Of a DNA stretch of 64,000 bases, positions 7,592 to 15,858 are shown in pieces. Under the pieces are notes generated by a model that was given only the letters and a program-made list of their open reading frames with translations, ran no database searches and had not been told where the DNA came from. This stretch comes from a virus. Each line of letters opens with the position of its first letter. Positions within the stretch are counted from its first letter, which is position 1. The DNA lies in IMG/VR virus record IMGVR_UViG_3300045988_123324, positions 1 through 64,000 of that record. One strand, 5' to 3'. The translations under genes and the position numbers were made by a program.

Positions 7592-8208
7592 GTTGCATAC
7601 CCCCAAAACGGATTACATTCTTGCAATGTAACATATTCAGCAGTTGTGAGTTCTTTTCCTTGTTCATACTTCTTGAGAATATCATAAAGCCTATTTTGTT
7701 GGTTCTCAATGAACTCAATGGAGTTCTCGATAAGTTTAAGATTCACAGGTTCAGTGCCAACATAATTGCTTTTTGAATACTTCTTAATAAGGTCAACAAT
7801 ATACCCACTAATCGGTGCTCTATGTCCCTTATACTTTTGAAGTGCATCTGTCACCTGTTGAAACATTGAAAAGGATTCACCAGCATCCTTAACATCTTTG
7901 CAGATACGATCAAGAGCATAGTTGCAACAATTCTCAAAAATATCTTTATTTGTAACAATGTGTTTCATTATATTAGCACCATCTTCTACTCTATAACCTG
8001 TGTAGATACGTAATAACTCTTTAGCATTATATGACACTTCTTGTGTAATATAAGCATCACAAACAGTAGCAAACCACTTTTTTCGCGAGTCAATCATTCC
8101 AGTAATGGATTCTGCTTCTGCATCATCTTCTGGTGACATACTAGACAATTCTTCAATTTCTGCCATGATTTTATCAAGCGTTTCAAGACATTTTGTTTCA
8201 AATTCCAT
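7588..8208 (-). CDS. hypothetical protein
   Basis: Trimmed to the ATG at 8206-8208 behind GAAGGAGA. Confidence 0.6.
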   Translation of the reverse strand: MEFETKCLETLDKIMAEIEELSSMSPEDDAEAESITGMIDSRKKWFATVCDAYITQEVSYNAKELLRIYTGYRVEDGANIMKHIVTNKDIFENCCNYALDRICKDVKDAGESFSMFQQVTDALQKYKGHRAPISGYIVDLIKKYSKSNYVGTEPVNLKLIENSIEFIENQQNRLYDILKKYEQGKELTTAEYVTLQECNPFWGYAT

Positions 8209-8210
8209 AA

Positions 8211-8696
8211 TTAAATCTCCTTCTGTGCAATCTGCCACTCTTGCATTTTAGCACTAATGATCTTCTTTACTGCGTCACTAAGACGTTCAATCGCCGCACA
8301 CTTGCCTTTGATAATCTTATATACGTTTCCATACACAAGTTTAACAATAGCTTCTTCTTTAGCCATCTCCTCTGCTCTTGCTGTCTTACTGGCAATCGTA
8401 CCACCTTGGAGGTTCATATAGCTCTCATTGAACTTCTCATCGTATACAAGCTCTGAAATACTTGCCCTAAGAGAAGCTAGTTCTTGCTTACTGATAAAGA
8501 AGTATGCGTATGTAGTGAGCCTAACAAGGATTCTATTCAAGTCCTCAATGGTTAAGTCTCCGCTATCTTCAAGAACGTCCTTAATCTTTTGGATGTATGT
8601 ATCTGCTTCATCAGTGTACTTACTTGCAATCTCCTCAACAATCTTTGATAGATTCTCTGACTGCTCCTCAACTCTTGTTTGGATTTCTGTATTCAT
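8211..8696 (-). CDS. hypothetical protein (helical, acidic N-terminus)
   Basis: ORF track. Confidence 0.6.
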   Translation of the reverse strand: MNTEIQTRVEEQSENLSKIVEEIASKYTDEADTYIQKIKDVLEDSGDLTIEDLNRILVRLTTYAYFFISKQELASLRASISELVYDEKFNESYMNLQGGTIASKTARAEEMAKEEAIVKLVYGNVYKIIKGKCAAIERLSDAVKKIISAKMQEWQIAQKEI

Positions 8697-8856
8697 TTAT
8701 CCTCCTTCTAAGATTTCCTTCCCACGTAAAAGTGTATGTCTCAAACAAATCATATATAGTGCCAACTAATATATTAAACATAGACAGTATAGCGATAGCA
8801 GTCAGCATAAATTTTCCTTTAAGTGTATAATACTTATACAAATGTATGTCTATCAT
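8668..8856 (-). CDS. small membrane protein
   Basis: ORF track; one hydrophobic helix (MLTAIAILSMFNILVGTIY); start uncertain. Confidence 0.4.
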   Translation of the reverse strand: MIDIHLYKYYTLKGKFMLTAIAILSMFNILVGTIYDLFETYTFTWEGNLRRRINEYRNPNKS

Positions 8857-9059
8857 TTATCTGCCTTTCGTATCGCAAACCATTTATCTGCCTTGTCACA
8901 AACTACTATACTTTTATCCATTAAATAATCTATGAAGTCAAGAACAATAATCGGAACTGCTGTTAATACAAGAATAAACTTTCCTAAATACGTAAACTCA
9001 TTCCAATACTTGATAAACTGTTTCTTAAATGTAGAACAATAGTTCCCAATTCCATTCAT
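8853..9059 (-). CDS. small membrane protein
   Basis: ORF track; helix LGKFILVLTAVPIIVLDFI. Confidence 0.5.
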   Translation of the reverse strand: MNGIGNYCSTFKKQFIKYWNEFTYLGKFILVLTAVPIIVLDFIDYLMDKSIVVCDKADKWFAIRKADK

Positions 9060-9519
9060 AGTAAACCCTCTTTTTTGTTCCTGTTATTTCTACGATTCTC
9101 TTATCCTCATGGTCATATCTTATGGACTTCTTACCATCGTTAATTAGCTCCTTGATAACGGATATAGGAATGGCTCTGCATGCCTCTTTATCATAGTACC
9201 ACACAATAACATAGCTGTCAATACCAAACTTTATAAAAGATTCCCATAAACTCTTTAACTGATAATCTGATATGTTCTTAAATGGCAAAGAAGCTCCTGC
9301 TGTTGTTTTACACTCAATCATATACATATTAGGTTTGTAATAACAAAAGTAATCACAAGGATTTGAGATGCCCATATAGTTAGAGTAGTCTAGAATCCTG
9401 TAACAATACACATCTCCTAGTGCTTCTACTTGTTCTCTGAATAGCTTTTCAAACTGTTTCCCTTTACTGATAGTATCACCCCCAAGGTATAGTATATCAT
9501 AGACAAATAAAAAAGGCAA
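9025..9519 (-). CDS. recU: RecU-like Holliday junction resolvase
   Basis: GKQFE...DYF..YK..MYMIECKTT..SLPFKNISDYQ...G..SYVIVWY...KKSI follows the RecU pattern. Trimmed to the TTG at 9517-9519, 5 nt after AAGGAG. Confidence 0.75.
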   Translation of the reverse strand: MPFLFVYDILYLGGDTISKGKQFEKLFREQVEALGDVYCYRILDYSNYMGISNPCDYFCYYKPNMYMIECKTTAGASLPFKNISDYQLKSLWESFIKFGIDSYVIVWYYDKEACRAIPISVIKELINDGKKSIRYDHEDKRIVEITGTKKRVYYEWNWELLFYI

Positions 9520-9520
9520 G

Positions 9521-9808
9521 TTAGCTCCTTGCCAGCTCACCTGCAAATGTAAACTTCTCTACGTTGATACTATATCTCTCCGCAATTTCATAGTATAGAT
9601 TACTGGAAATAACTGCTTTCTCAGAGTGAGACAACAGATAATAATGTTGCTGTGCTTCGTCTGCAAGAACTACCAGTCTAGTGATTCTCATTTCTGTTTC
9701 CTCACTACCAATATCAGTTGCAAGAAACTTTACTGCTTTCCATAAATCTCTGATAAGTTTATGCAGTATCTTTATAGTATACCGCTTATCTTCACATATA
9801 ACAATCAT
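9521..9808 (-). CDS. hypothetical protein, related to 7382-7591
   Basis: Trimmed to the ATG at 9806-9808 behind GAGGAAG. Confidence 0.5.
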   Translation of the reverse strand: MIVICEDKRYTIKILHKLIRDLWKAVKFLATDIGSEETEMRITRLVVLADEAQQHYYLLSHSEKAVISSNLYYEIAERYSINVEKFTFAGELARS

Positions 9809-10106
9809 TTTCTTCTTCCTCAATGCTGATAAATTTAATCCAGTCAAACATTTTAGACGTGCGTAAAAGTAGCACGGTTTCTGCTGTGATGAGAAGTCTG
9901 CTGTTACTTCTTGCTTGATAGTACAGAGTTTCTACACACTCATGCTTTCTTGTAGCATCTACAATATCTACACAGAGAGCAATAACATCTGTCTCCTTCT
10001 CATCTTTATACTCTCTTAGGAGACTATTTAGCATCTTCTCATATACTTGCATTTTGTCCTTGCACAAGTTCATAAGATAGTGCATATCATTACATAAATA
10101 CTTCAT
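9792..10106 (-). CDS. hypothetical protein, M[KR]Y[LV]CxD family
   Basis: ATGA overlap with the upstream gene; MKYLCND N-terminus. Confidence 0.6.
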   Translation of the reverse strand: MKYLCNDMHYLMNLCKDKMQVYEKMLNSLLREYKDEKETDVIALCVDIVDATRKHECVETLYYQARSNSRLLITAETVLLLRTSKMFDWIKFISIEEEENDCYM

Positions 10107-10399
10107 GTTTCCACCATCCTTAGTCTGTCAACCCAATCCTTCATCTTTGGCTCGTGCTGACGAAGAAACTTATACTGATCTTCTGAAAGCACAATACTAT
10201 CATCCATGTTCCACTTCAACGTCAATGCTATATCGTACTTCTCATATGAACTCATGACATCGAACAAATTATTCATTAGATCTTCTTGCCCCATCTGCAA
10301 TAGTTTTTCAGTTACGGCTTTTGTCATATCTTGTTCTATACGCTTACAGACCATAAATATATTTTTTCTAAACTCTTCTTTTGGTTTATATATCCACAA
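10103..10399 (-). CDS. hypothetical protein
   Basis: ORF track start is GTG. The TTG at 10397-10399, 5 nt after AGGTGA, is preferred. Confidence 0.5.
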   Translation of the reverse strand: MWIYKPKEEFRKNIFMVCKRIEQDMTKAVTEKLLQMGQEDLMNNLFDVMSSYEKYDIALTLKWNMDDSIVLSEDQYKFLRQHEPKMKDWVDRLRMVET

Positions 10400-10775
10400 T
10401 GTATTCACCTACAATTTCAACCCCTGTCTGCACAAGGTCAATGCCCCTCTTACTTGCCCAATGATAAACTGCACAGTTGATATATTCTTCAAGATCTTCC
10501 ATGTCCTCATCCGAGAACCGTTCTTCATAGGTCATACCAACCTCTTCAACAGGACAATTACATTCAAGATACGCCGTCATAGCTCTTGTTACTTCACTTG
10601 CCCAAATATGTGGATAATACGCATGGATTTCTCCGATGTAAACAATATGCCCATCATCTTCAAAATCATCTTCACTAAGATCAGCCCTTGCTGCGTTGAG
10701 ACACTCATCAATGGAGTTAAAATACTCAGTGTCATCCCAATGAGAAGGATCTGTCGTGTAAGTATAAAATTTCAT
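10386..10775 (-). CDS. strongly acidic hypothetical protein
   Basis: ORF track; D/E-rich runs (SEDDFEDDG, SDEDMEDLEE). Confidence 0.6.
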   Translation of the reverse strand: MKFYTYTTDPSHWDDTEYFNSIDECLNAARADLSEDDFEDDGHIVYIGEIHAYYPHIWASEVTRAMTAYLECNCPVEEVGMTYEERFSDEDMEDLEEYINCAVYHWASKRGIDLVQTGVEIVGEYIVDI

Positions 10776-10780
10776 AAGTC

Positions 10781-10975
10781 TTACTCACTTTCAATCTCGC
10801 CTAACATATCGTCTACGGCTTCATTGATGTCACCATACTCAGCAAAAGACTCTTCATAGCCAAACCAATTATCTACTCCACCACATTCCAGCGCATTTAA
10901 GCGTTCACTATCCATTAAGAGATCGCGAAGTTCTTCCAATGTGAGTTTATACATTCCATCTTTTGTCTTAATCAT
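10781..10975 (-). CDS. small acidic hypothetical protein
   Basis: ORF track; ECGGVDNWFGYEE motif; acidic tail. Confidence 0.6.
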   Translation of the reverse strand: MIKTKDGMYKLTLEELRDLLMDSERLNALECGGVDNWFGYEESFAEYGDINEAVDDMLGEIESE

Positions 10976-10993
10976 GTTTTTATCCTCCCTTGC

Positions 10994-11164
10994 TCACAAT
11001 AATCTACCACTAACGTCATGCAGAGAGTAAATATCCTTATACCCATACATATATTCCTCGGCGGCTTTCTTTGATGAGAAAAACACTGCACATACTCCGC
11101 ATAGAGAATCATAGAATACAACATATTTAGCCTTGTGACCCTTGGAACAAAGATTGAATTTCAT
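10994..11164 (-). CDS. small hypothetical protein (56 aa)
   Basis: Track ORF 10994-11395 trimmed to the ATG at 11162-11164, 8 nt after AAAGGAG. The long N-terminal extension overlaps the next gene. Confidence 0.45.
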   Translation of the reverse strand: MKFNLCSKGHKAKYVVFYDSLCGVCAVFFSSKKAAEEYMYGYKDIYSLHDVSGRLL

Positions 11165-11219
11165 ATCAACATCTCCTTTCATGACTATATTATCACGAAA
11201 ATGTAGATATGTCAATATT

Positions 11220-11417
11220 TTATTTATACACGCTCTCCAATATGTCAATCTTTCTCTGGTAAATATGCTTAATTTCTTCAACAACATCATCTTCAATAAC
11301 AATGATATTACCATGTAGCAGGTTCTTAAAGGCAAGTTTGTTCCTCTTGCACTTCTCAAGCCAGTCGAGAATGTCTTTATTCTTTCTGATTTCATATGAT
11401 ATATTTCTTTCCACCAT
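11220..11417 (-). CDS. small hypothetical protein
   Basis: Trimmed to the ATG at 11415-11417 behind TAAGGAGA. Confidence 0.5.
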   Translation of the reverse strand: MVERNISYEIRKNKDILDWLEKCKRNKLAFKNLLHGNIIVIEDDVVEEIKHIYQRKIDILESVYK

Positions 11418-11542
11418 GCTTAATCTCCTTATACCAGAATATGTCAATGTATATATCTCTATCTGTATTGAACCATCAAATCACTCACCTCACTTAGTAT
11501 TCTAACCTCTCTGTGCAAAACCCATCATCATTTTATCATATA

Positions 11543-11953
11543 TTACTGTAAAACTTCGTGACAATATCCATCTGAACTCGTATAATATATATCTTTAATA
11601 CCTAATTCCTTTATGTAAGAACTACAAGCAGGGCAAGGTCTCGACATCCTAATCTCTCCTGCTTTATTTACCCTATAAACATATATAGATACTTTTGACA
11701 TATCTAAATCCTTTAGATAAGGTCTAGCGTGCAAAAGAGCGAGCATCTCTGCGTGTAGACAACCCTTATCCTTATCATCTTTCCCAAATCTGTACTTTTC
11801 GTTACGTTTTTGTTGCAGCGGATTTCCTTTAGTAGTGTTCCACCCCACTCCTATGATTCTGTTTTTATATACCACTACTGAGCCAAGGAAATATTTTGCA
11901 TGGTCACTAAGCCTACTAGCATCTCTTGCCTTTTCAAAAAATTTCATTTTCAT
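11543..11953 (-). CDS. dCMP (deoxycytidylate) deaminase
   Basis: Zinc motifs CLHAEMLAL and PCPACSSYI (HAE...PCxxC), at the size typical of ComEB/dCMP deaminases. Confidence 0.85.
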   Translation of the reverse strand: MKMKFFEKARDASRLSDHAKYFLGSVVVYKNRIIGVGWNTTKGNPLQQKRNEKYRFGKDDKDKGCLHAEMLALLHARPYLKDLDMSKVSIYVYRVNKAGEIRMSRPCPACSSYIKELGIKDIYYTSSDGYCHEVLQ

Positions 11954-11989
11954 TTCTATTATTCTCCTGCTTTCGCTACTTCAAAGTAT

Positions 11990-12304
11990 TTAACATTCGC
12001 TGTAGACACACTTACAAATCCTTTCCATATTTGGATTGTATTTCATCAGTTTATGAAAGGTTCCAAACGCAAGCACAGCACCGCAAGGAGTTTTCTTAAT
12101 ATTGTTTTCAAGTGCAATTACTTTTTTATAATCGTCGGTAATCCCCCAAATTTTTGAAGCGTATTTCCCAAGCTCTGTATCTCCACACTCGTCAAGGTTT
12201 CTGAACACTCTCATAACATTCCTGAGTTCTTTTTCAATAGCACGCTGAACTATCAATAGCTCATCAAGGAACTTTTCAGTATCATCACATACGTATTTAA
12301 TCAT
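11990..12304 (-). CDS. hypothetical protein, M[KR]Y[LV]CxD family
   Basis: Trimmed to the ATG at 12302-12304 (MIKYVCDD). Confidence 0.5.
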   Translation of the reverse strand: MIKYVCDDTEKFLDELLIVQRAIEKELRNVMRVFRNLDECGDTELGKYASKIWGITDDYKKVIALENNIKKTPCGAVLAFGTFHKLMKYNPNMERICKCVYSEC

Positions 12305-12315
12305 TTTCTCATCCC

Positions 12316-12582
12316 CTACACACACCAACAACACTCACCAAAGCTAAATAATTCATTTAACTGTTCTATAATTTCATCATAATCATCTAATGAAATATTA
12401 TACTTCTTCAACACATTTTCTTTCGATGTCTTTGGCGTGAAGCCCATAAGCAAACAGGAATAGTTACCAATTCCTTTAACATTTACTTCCCCAAAATCGT
12501 CCTTACTTGCCTCAATTCCGTTGATAGTAAACACCTCATCTTCACAGGGTAGTGCTCTATATGCTCTAATTTCAAGATTCAT
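12316..12582 (-). CDS. hypothetical protein
   Basis: ORF track; ATG. Confidence 0.55.
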   Translation of the reverse strand: MNLEIRAYRALPCEDEVFTINGIEASKDDFGEVNVKGIGNYSCLLMGFTPKTSKENVLKKYNISLDDYDEIIEQLNELFSFGECCWCV

Positions 12583-12745
12583 TTTAATCTCCTCAAATAC
12601 TCAAAAAGATTTTTATGCACTTTATCAATATCTTTCCCCGCCTCATATAAAATTGCAGGAAATTTATCATCAAATGCTTCCATGTCGTATAATATATACA
12701 TTGATTCTTCCAATAAATCACATATCTTCTTTACACGATCTTCCA

Positions 12746-13054
12746 CTAAACCACAGCCTCCCGAATGATTAAATCATCTGGATAATCTACGTTATACTTA
12801 TTCAAATACACAAGTATTTGAATACTTGCATACACAACATCTGGTTGATGGTATCTTATCTCATTTATCAAATCAATGATTTCATCTTTAGCCTTTCCCA
12901 ATTTTGTTATTTCATACGCAATACTACCAGTACCCGCTAATTTGTCTGATTTATACTCAAGAAGTCTATTTGTTGATTCAAGATCTATAGCTGTTATTGT
13001 ACTTCTTAGATATTGAATTAACTCCTCTGGTCTATCACATCTTATTCTGAGCAT
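12746..13054 (-). CDS. hypothetical protein (possible distant member of the MxYxCxD family)
   Basis: ORF track; MLRIRCDRPEEL N-terminus. Confidence 0.55.
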   Translation of the reverse strand: MLRIRCDRPEELIQYLRSTITAIDLESTNRLLEYKSDKLAGTGSIAYEITKLGKAKDEIIDLINEIRYHQPDVVYASIQILVYLNKYNVDYPDDLIIREAVV

Positions 13055-13077
13055 TTAGATCATCTCCTTTAATGATT

Positions 13078-13329
13078 TCAGTTGTGATCCTCATATTCAA
13101 TATCTCTCTTCAAAACATCAATGTCACCCATAATAAGTTGCTTGATATATTCAAGGAACTCTCCCTTTAAAGTTGCTTTGATCGGCGCATTTTCATAGGT
13201 AAAAACAAATTCATCTGCCTCGCACAGATAATCAAGGCAAGCTGTTAGTTGGTGAATCCTATTAAACTTATCCTCATACGCCTTAATTGCTTCTTTAACG
13301 TCATTGATATTCTTTGTAGTTACCTTCAT
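13078..13329 (-). CDS. hypothetical protein
   Basis: Track start is TTG. The ATG at 13327-13329, 8 nt after GAGGAGG, is preferred. Confidence 0.55.
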   Translation of the reverse strand: MKVTTKNINDVKEAIKAYEDKFNRIHQLTACLDYLCEADEFVFTYENAPIKATLKGEFLEYIKQLIMGDIDVLKRDIEYEDHN

Positions 13330-13411
13330 ATTTTCTTCCTCCTCATAATTATCCAAACCATCTTTTGTCTATACACTAACATAGTATTTTATACTTGTCA
13401 AGTGCTTTTGC

Positions 13412-13445
13412 AAAAAAAAAATAAGAGGAATTTTTCATCCTCTTA
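13412..13445 (-). terminator. rho-independent terminator closing the structural/lysis transcription unit
   Basis: On the minus strand: TAAGAGGA-8 nt loop-TCCTCTTA followed by T10. Stem 13422-13429/13438-13445; the stop codon of the last lysis gene sits in the loop. Confidence 0.8.
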
Positions 13446-13917
13446 CTGCAATAACTCCGATAAGTCCAATGACTGCTATTTTTAGTATTTTATTTTTAAA
13501 CTCAATGCTCTTTCGCTGATTCTCTAGCTTTTTCAATGATTTGCTTGCTTCTGCTAATTCTTTGTTCGCTGTCTCTAGCGAGTTCTTGGCTTCGCTTGTT
13601 GATTTCTGCGCTTCGATCAATAAGTTCCTGAGTTCTCTGATTTGTCTCTGAGATTCTATCAGTTGTCCTTGTAGCACTGTTAATTGATTCTTCAACTCCG
13701 TTGAGTTTTGACTGGCTGCCATCAAGGATTCGTTCTGTTCTTGTAATAGACTCAGTAGCCCTCTGTTGTTGTTCTCTAACTGTGTCAAGTTGTTGCTCAG
13801 TTCGTCTAACTCCGTCTCTGATATTGTTATCTGAGAACATAGCCCATAAGAAGAACAAGCAAGCAATAACGCAACCGCCAAGAATGAAATACTTGCAATT
13901 TTTCTTAAAAAATTCAT
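13435..13917 (-). CDS. lipoprotein-signal + coiled-coil + C-terminal TM protein (unimolecular-spanin-like candidate)
   Basis: MNFLRKIASISFLAVALLLAC has an n-region, an h-region and a lipobox-like LLAC. The centre is heptad-rich. The C-terminus ILKIAVIGLIGVIAVRG is a TM helix. Last gene of the lysis cassette. Confidence 0.6.
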   Translation of the reverse strand: MNFLRKIASISFLAVALLLACSSYGLCSQITISETELDELSNNLTQLENNNRGLLSLLQEQNESLMAASQNSTELKNQLTVLQGQLIESQRQIRELRNLLIEAQKSTSEAKNSLETANKELAEASKSLKKLENQRKSIEFKNKILKIAVIGLIGVIAVRG

Positions 13918-13922
13918 TCAGC

Positions 13923-14111
13923 TTAAGTCACCCCGATTCTTTTAAACTCTCCCTCTAGCAAAATCAAAAATGTTTTTAATGAGCTTTCGTCTTTTCTTGT
14001 CATATCTGCTAACAACCAACTCATCATAATCAAAAGCTCTGCACTGTTTCCGTGTAGTTCTTCAATATGATGTTCGTCATTTTCAATATACATATTTATT
14101 ACTGTTTTCAT
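13923..14111 (-). CDS. small hypothetical protein in lysis cassette
   Basis: ORF track; 4-nt overlap with the amidase gene. Confidence 0.5.
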   Translation of the reverse strand: MKTVINMYIENDEHHIEELHGNSAELLIMMSWLLADMTRKDESSLKTFLILLEGEFKRIGVT

Positions 14112-14716
14112 AGTTGATTTCCATAAAAATTAGCTTTACCTCTAAGAATATTTCCACCATTTCTAGGATCATCATAACTGTCAGGAAAGCATGGTGATTC
14201 TGGTGTTCCTAGGAACAAATTATCCCATCGCTCGCAAGTAGAAAACGCACCATAGTCCTCATGAACATTTAGTCCATCATAGTTATCTGCGGCTTCTGAA
14301 TGAGTCATAACATGGTATTTGTCAATAGTTAACCACAGTGCCTTTGCTACTACTGCAATCACCTGTGCCATCATTTCAATCTGCTTTTCAGTTGGTGCAT
14401 ATTCTCCTAGGTCTTGTGTTGTTGCTCCATAACAAGCACATAGAGTAATTCCTACCGCCCCAGAATTTCTCATATATGTATGTGATAATACATCTGCAAA
14501 ATCATCTGTTGAAACCCAACAACGCCCTTCACCGTCAATATTGATGTGGTAATCCTCGAACTTCTGGTCGTAACGTCCTGCGCTCCAATGCAAAATGCAC
14601 GTAGCGTCTCTACCATACTTCTTAGCTAATGCCCAAATATCTTCTCTACTATCTTCTGCTATCTGTCTTACTTCATCTAGTGTTACGTATCTTCCCAAAA
14701 TATCAACCCCCTGCAT
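14108..14716 (-). CDS. N-acetylmuramoyl-L-alanine amidase endolysin (Amidase_2/PGRP, T7-lysozyme-like)
   Basis: ILHWSAG...H...N..AVGITLC...VMTHSE...C pattern of the zinc amidase family. ATG at 14714-14716; sits next to the holin. Confidence 0.8.
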   Translation of the reverse strand: MQGVDILGRYVTLDEVRQIAEDSREDIWALAKKYGRDATCILHWSAGRYDQKFEDYHINIDGEGRCWVSTDDFADVLSHTYMRNSGAVGITLCACYGATTQDLGEYAPTEKQIEMMAQVIAVVAKALWLTIDKYHVMTHSEAADNYDGLNVHEDYGAFSTCERWDNLFLGTPESPCFPDSYDDPRNGGNILRGKANFYGNQL

Positions 14717-15032
14717 CACTATTATTATACTTAGGTAGTTCTCCTTCTTTACTGTTAAATGTGCTGTCTATCTTATATTTTGAATGAACATTATATGCTA
14801 GTGTACCCAATGTTGTTACTGCTGTTGACATTATGGTTAAGAACCCATATGCTGCATTTAACTCGAAATGTGTTCCATATAAGCCGTTCATCCAGAAAGC
14901 CGCAAGTAGACTAGCACACCATATTAAAGTAAAAAATAGGATAATGGACGCTACAAATATAAGTAACGTCTCTTGATTTGCTTGCGCCCATCTTCCTAAT
15001 TTTAATATATTTCTTTTAATTGATATAATCAT
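14703..15032 (-). CDS. holin (putative)
   Basis: 109 aa with hydrophobic helices (TLLIFVASIILFFTLIWCASLLAAFWM, AAYGFLTIMSTAVTTLGTLAY) and a polar C-tail. Immediately upstream of the endolysin; ATGA overlap. Confidence 0.6.
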   Translation of the reverse strand: MIISIKRNILKLGRWAQANQETLLIFVASIILFFTLIWCASLLAAFWMNGLYGTHFELNAAYGFLTIMSTAVTTLGTLAYNVHSKYKIDSTFNSKEGELPKYNNSDAGG

Positions 15033-15334
15033 TTTAACTTATTCTTCCTAATATGAAATTCATCATCTGTTATAATTGGTAGTTTTATTGTTGACTTATA
15101 CAGTGCTTTTACTGCACCATTACCATTTAGTAGCTCGTAAGAACTTTCTAGCCCATCAATATTTTGTAGTTGTGTTATGGTTATTCCACCTACTTGTGAA
15201 ATAAAGTTACAACTTTGTACGATTCTGTCTTTCAGCAGTGCTCTTAGTCCATTCTTTAATGCTATATATTCTTCGTCCCTACGTTTTGATTCTGCATCGT
15301 GTCTGGCTTCTCTTGCTTTGAACTTTGCTACCAT
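15029..15334 (-). CDS. hypothetical protein, possibly N-terminally membrane-anchored (see findings)
   Basis: ORF track. An in-frame hydrophobic segment lies upstream of the annotated ATG. Confidence 0.5.
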   Translation of the reverse strand: MVAKFKAREARHDAESKRRDEEYIALKNGLRALLKDRIVQSCNFISQVGGITITQLQNIDGLESSYELLNGNGAVKALYKSTIKLPIITDDEFHIRKNKLK

Positions 15335-15399
15335 CCACCCAACTAATGCTACTACTATTGCATTAGCTGCTGCTAATAATATTTCCGTAGTTAATCACC

Positions 15400-15855
15400 T
15401 CATCTCATCCGTCTCATCCTATATTGTTTTTTATGTATAAATTTCAATGGACATTCTGGTTCATTTGAACAACTAATAGTTTCTTCGATAACAAACCCAA
15501 ATTTTTTATACATATTGATAGCTATATAGTTATCCGTAAATACATTAAGTACAATGTCTTTATTACCAAATTTATTTATTGCTAACTGCAATAAAGCTGA
15601 ACCAATCCCACAATTTTGAAAAGATTTATCAACAAATAACATATTTATTGAATATACATCTAATGATTTTATTCTAATAAATCCACGCATTATGTTGTTT
15701 ATGAAATATCCATATGTTATTCCAGAATGAAATAAACTAAATATAGTATCTTGTTCATCTGTATTGAACTCGTCTAACTTATATAACCAACCTAAAAACT
15801 TTGTATTTGTATAATCTCTTTCTGTGACTAATTTTATATTTACATTTATAGCCAT
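15400..15855 (-). CDS. GNAT-family N-acetyltransferase
   Basis: Acetyl-CoA motif A: VDKSFQNCGIGSALLQLAI (Q/R-x-x-G-x-G/A), plus the downstream Y..FGF element. Confidence 0.8.
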   Translation of the reverse strand: MAINVNIKLVTERDYTNTKFLGWLYKLDEFNTDEQDTIFSLFHSGITYGYFINNIMRGFIRIKSLDVYSINMLFVDKSFQNCGIGSALLQLAINKFGNKDIVLNVFTDNYIAINMYKKFGFVIEETISCSNEPECPLKFIHKKQYRMRRMR

Positions 15856-15858
15856 GCG

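Noticed and set aside
10994-11395. Full 133-aa reading of this ORF
   Set aside because: The first 77 codons overlap the neighbouring 11220-11417 gene and look non-protein-like. An internal ATG with a good RBS gives a compact 56-aa product.
13357-13411. Promoter for the accessory block just downstream of the strong terminator (TTGACA at about 13394-13399 on the minus strand)
   Set aside because: There is a good -35 hexamer, but no acceptable -10 at 16-19 nt spacing (the best is TATAGA at 22 nt), so I left it unannotated.
13502-13858. 118-aa ORF embedded out of frame within the spanin-like gene (an Rz/Rz1-style arrangement was considered)
   Set aside because: The product has no signal peptide, lipobox or TM segment. 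Its Q/R/E/S/T-rich composition is what an alternative frame of a coiled-coil gene gives. It starts on TTG without an RBS.
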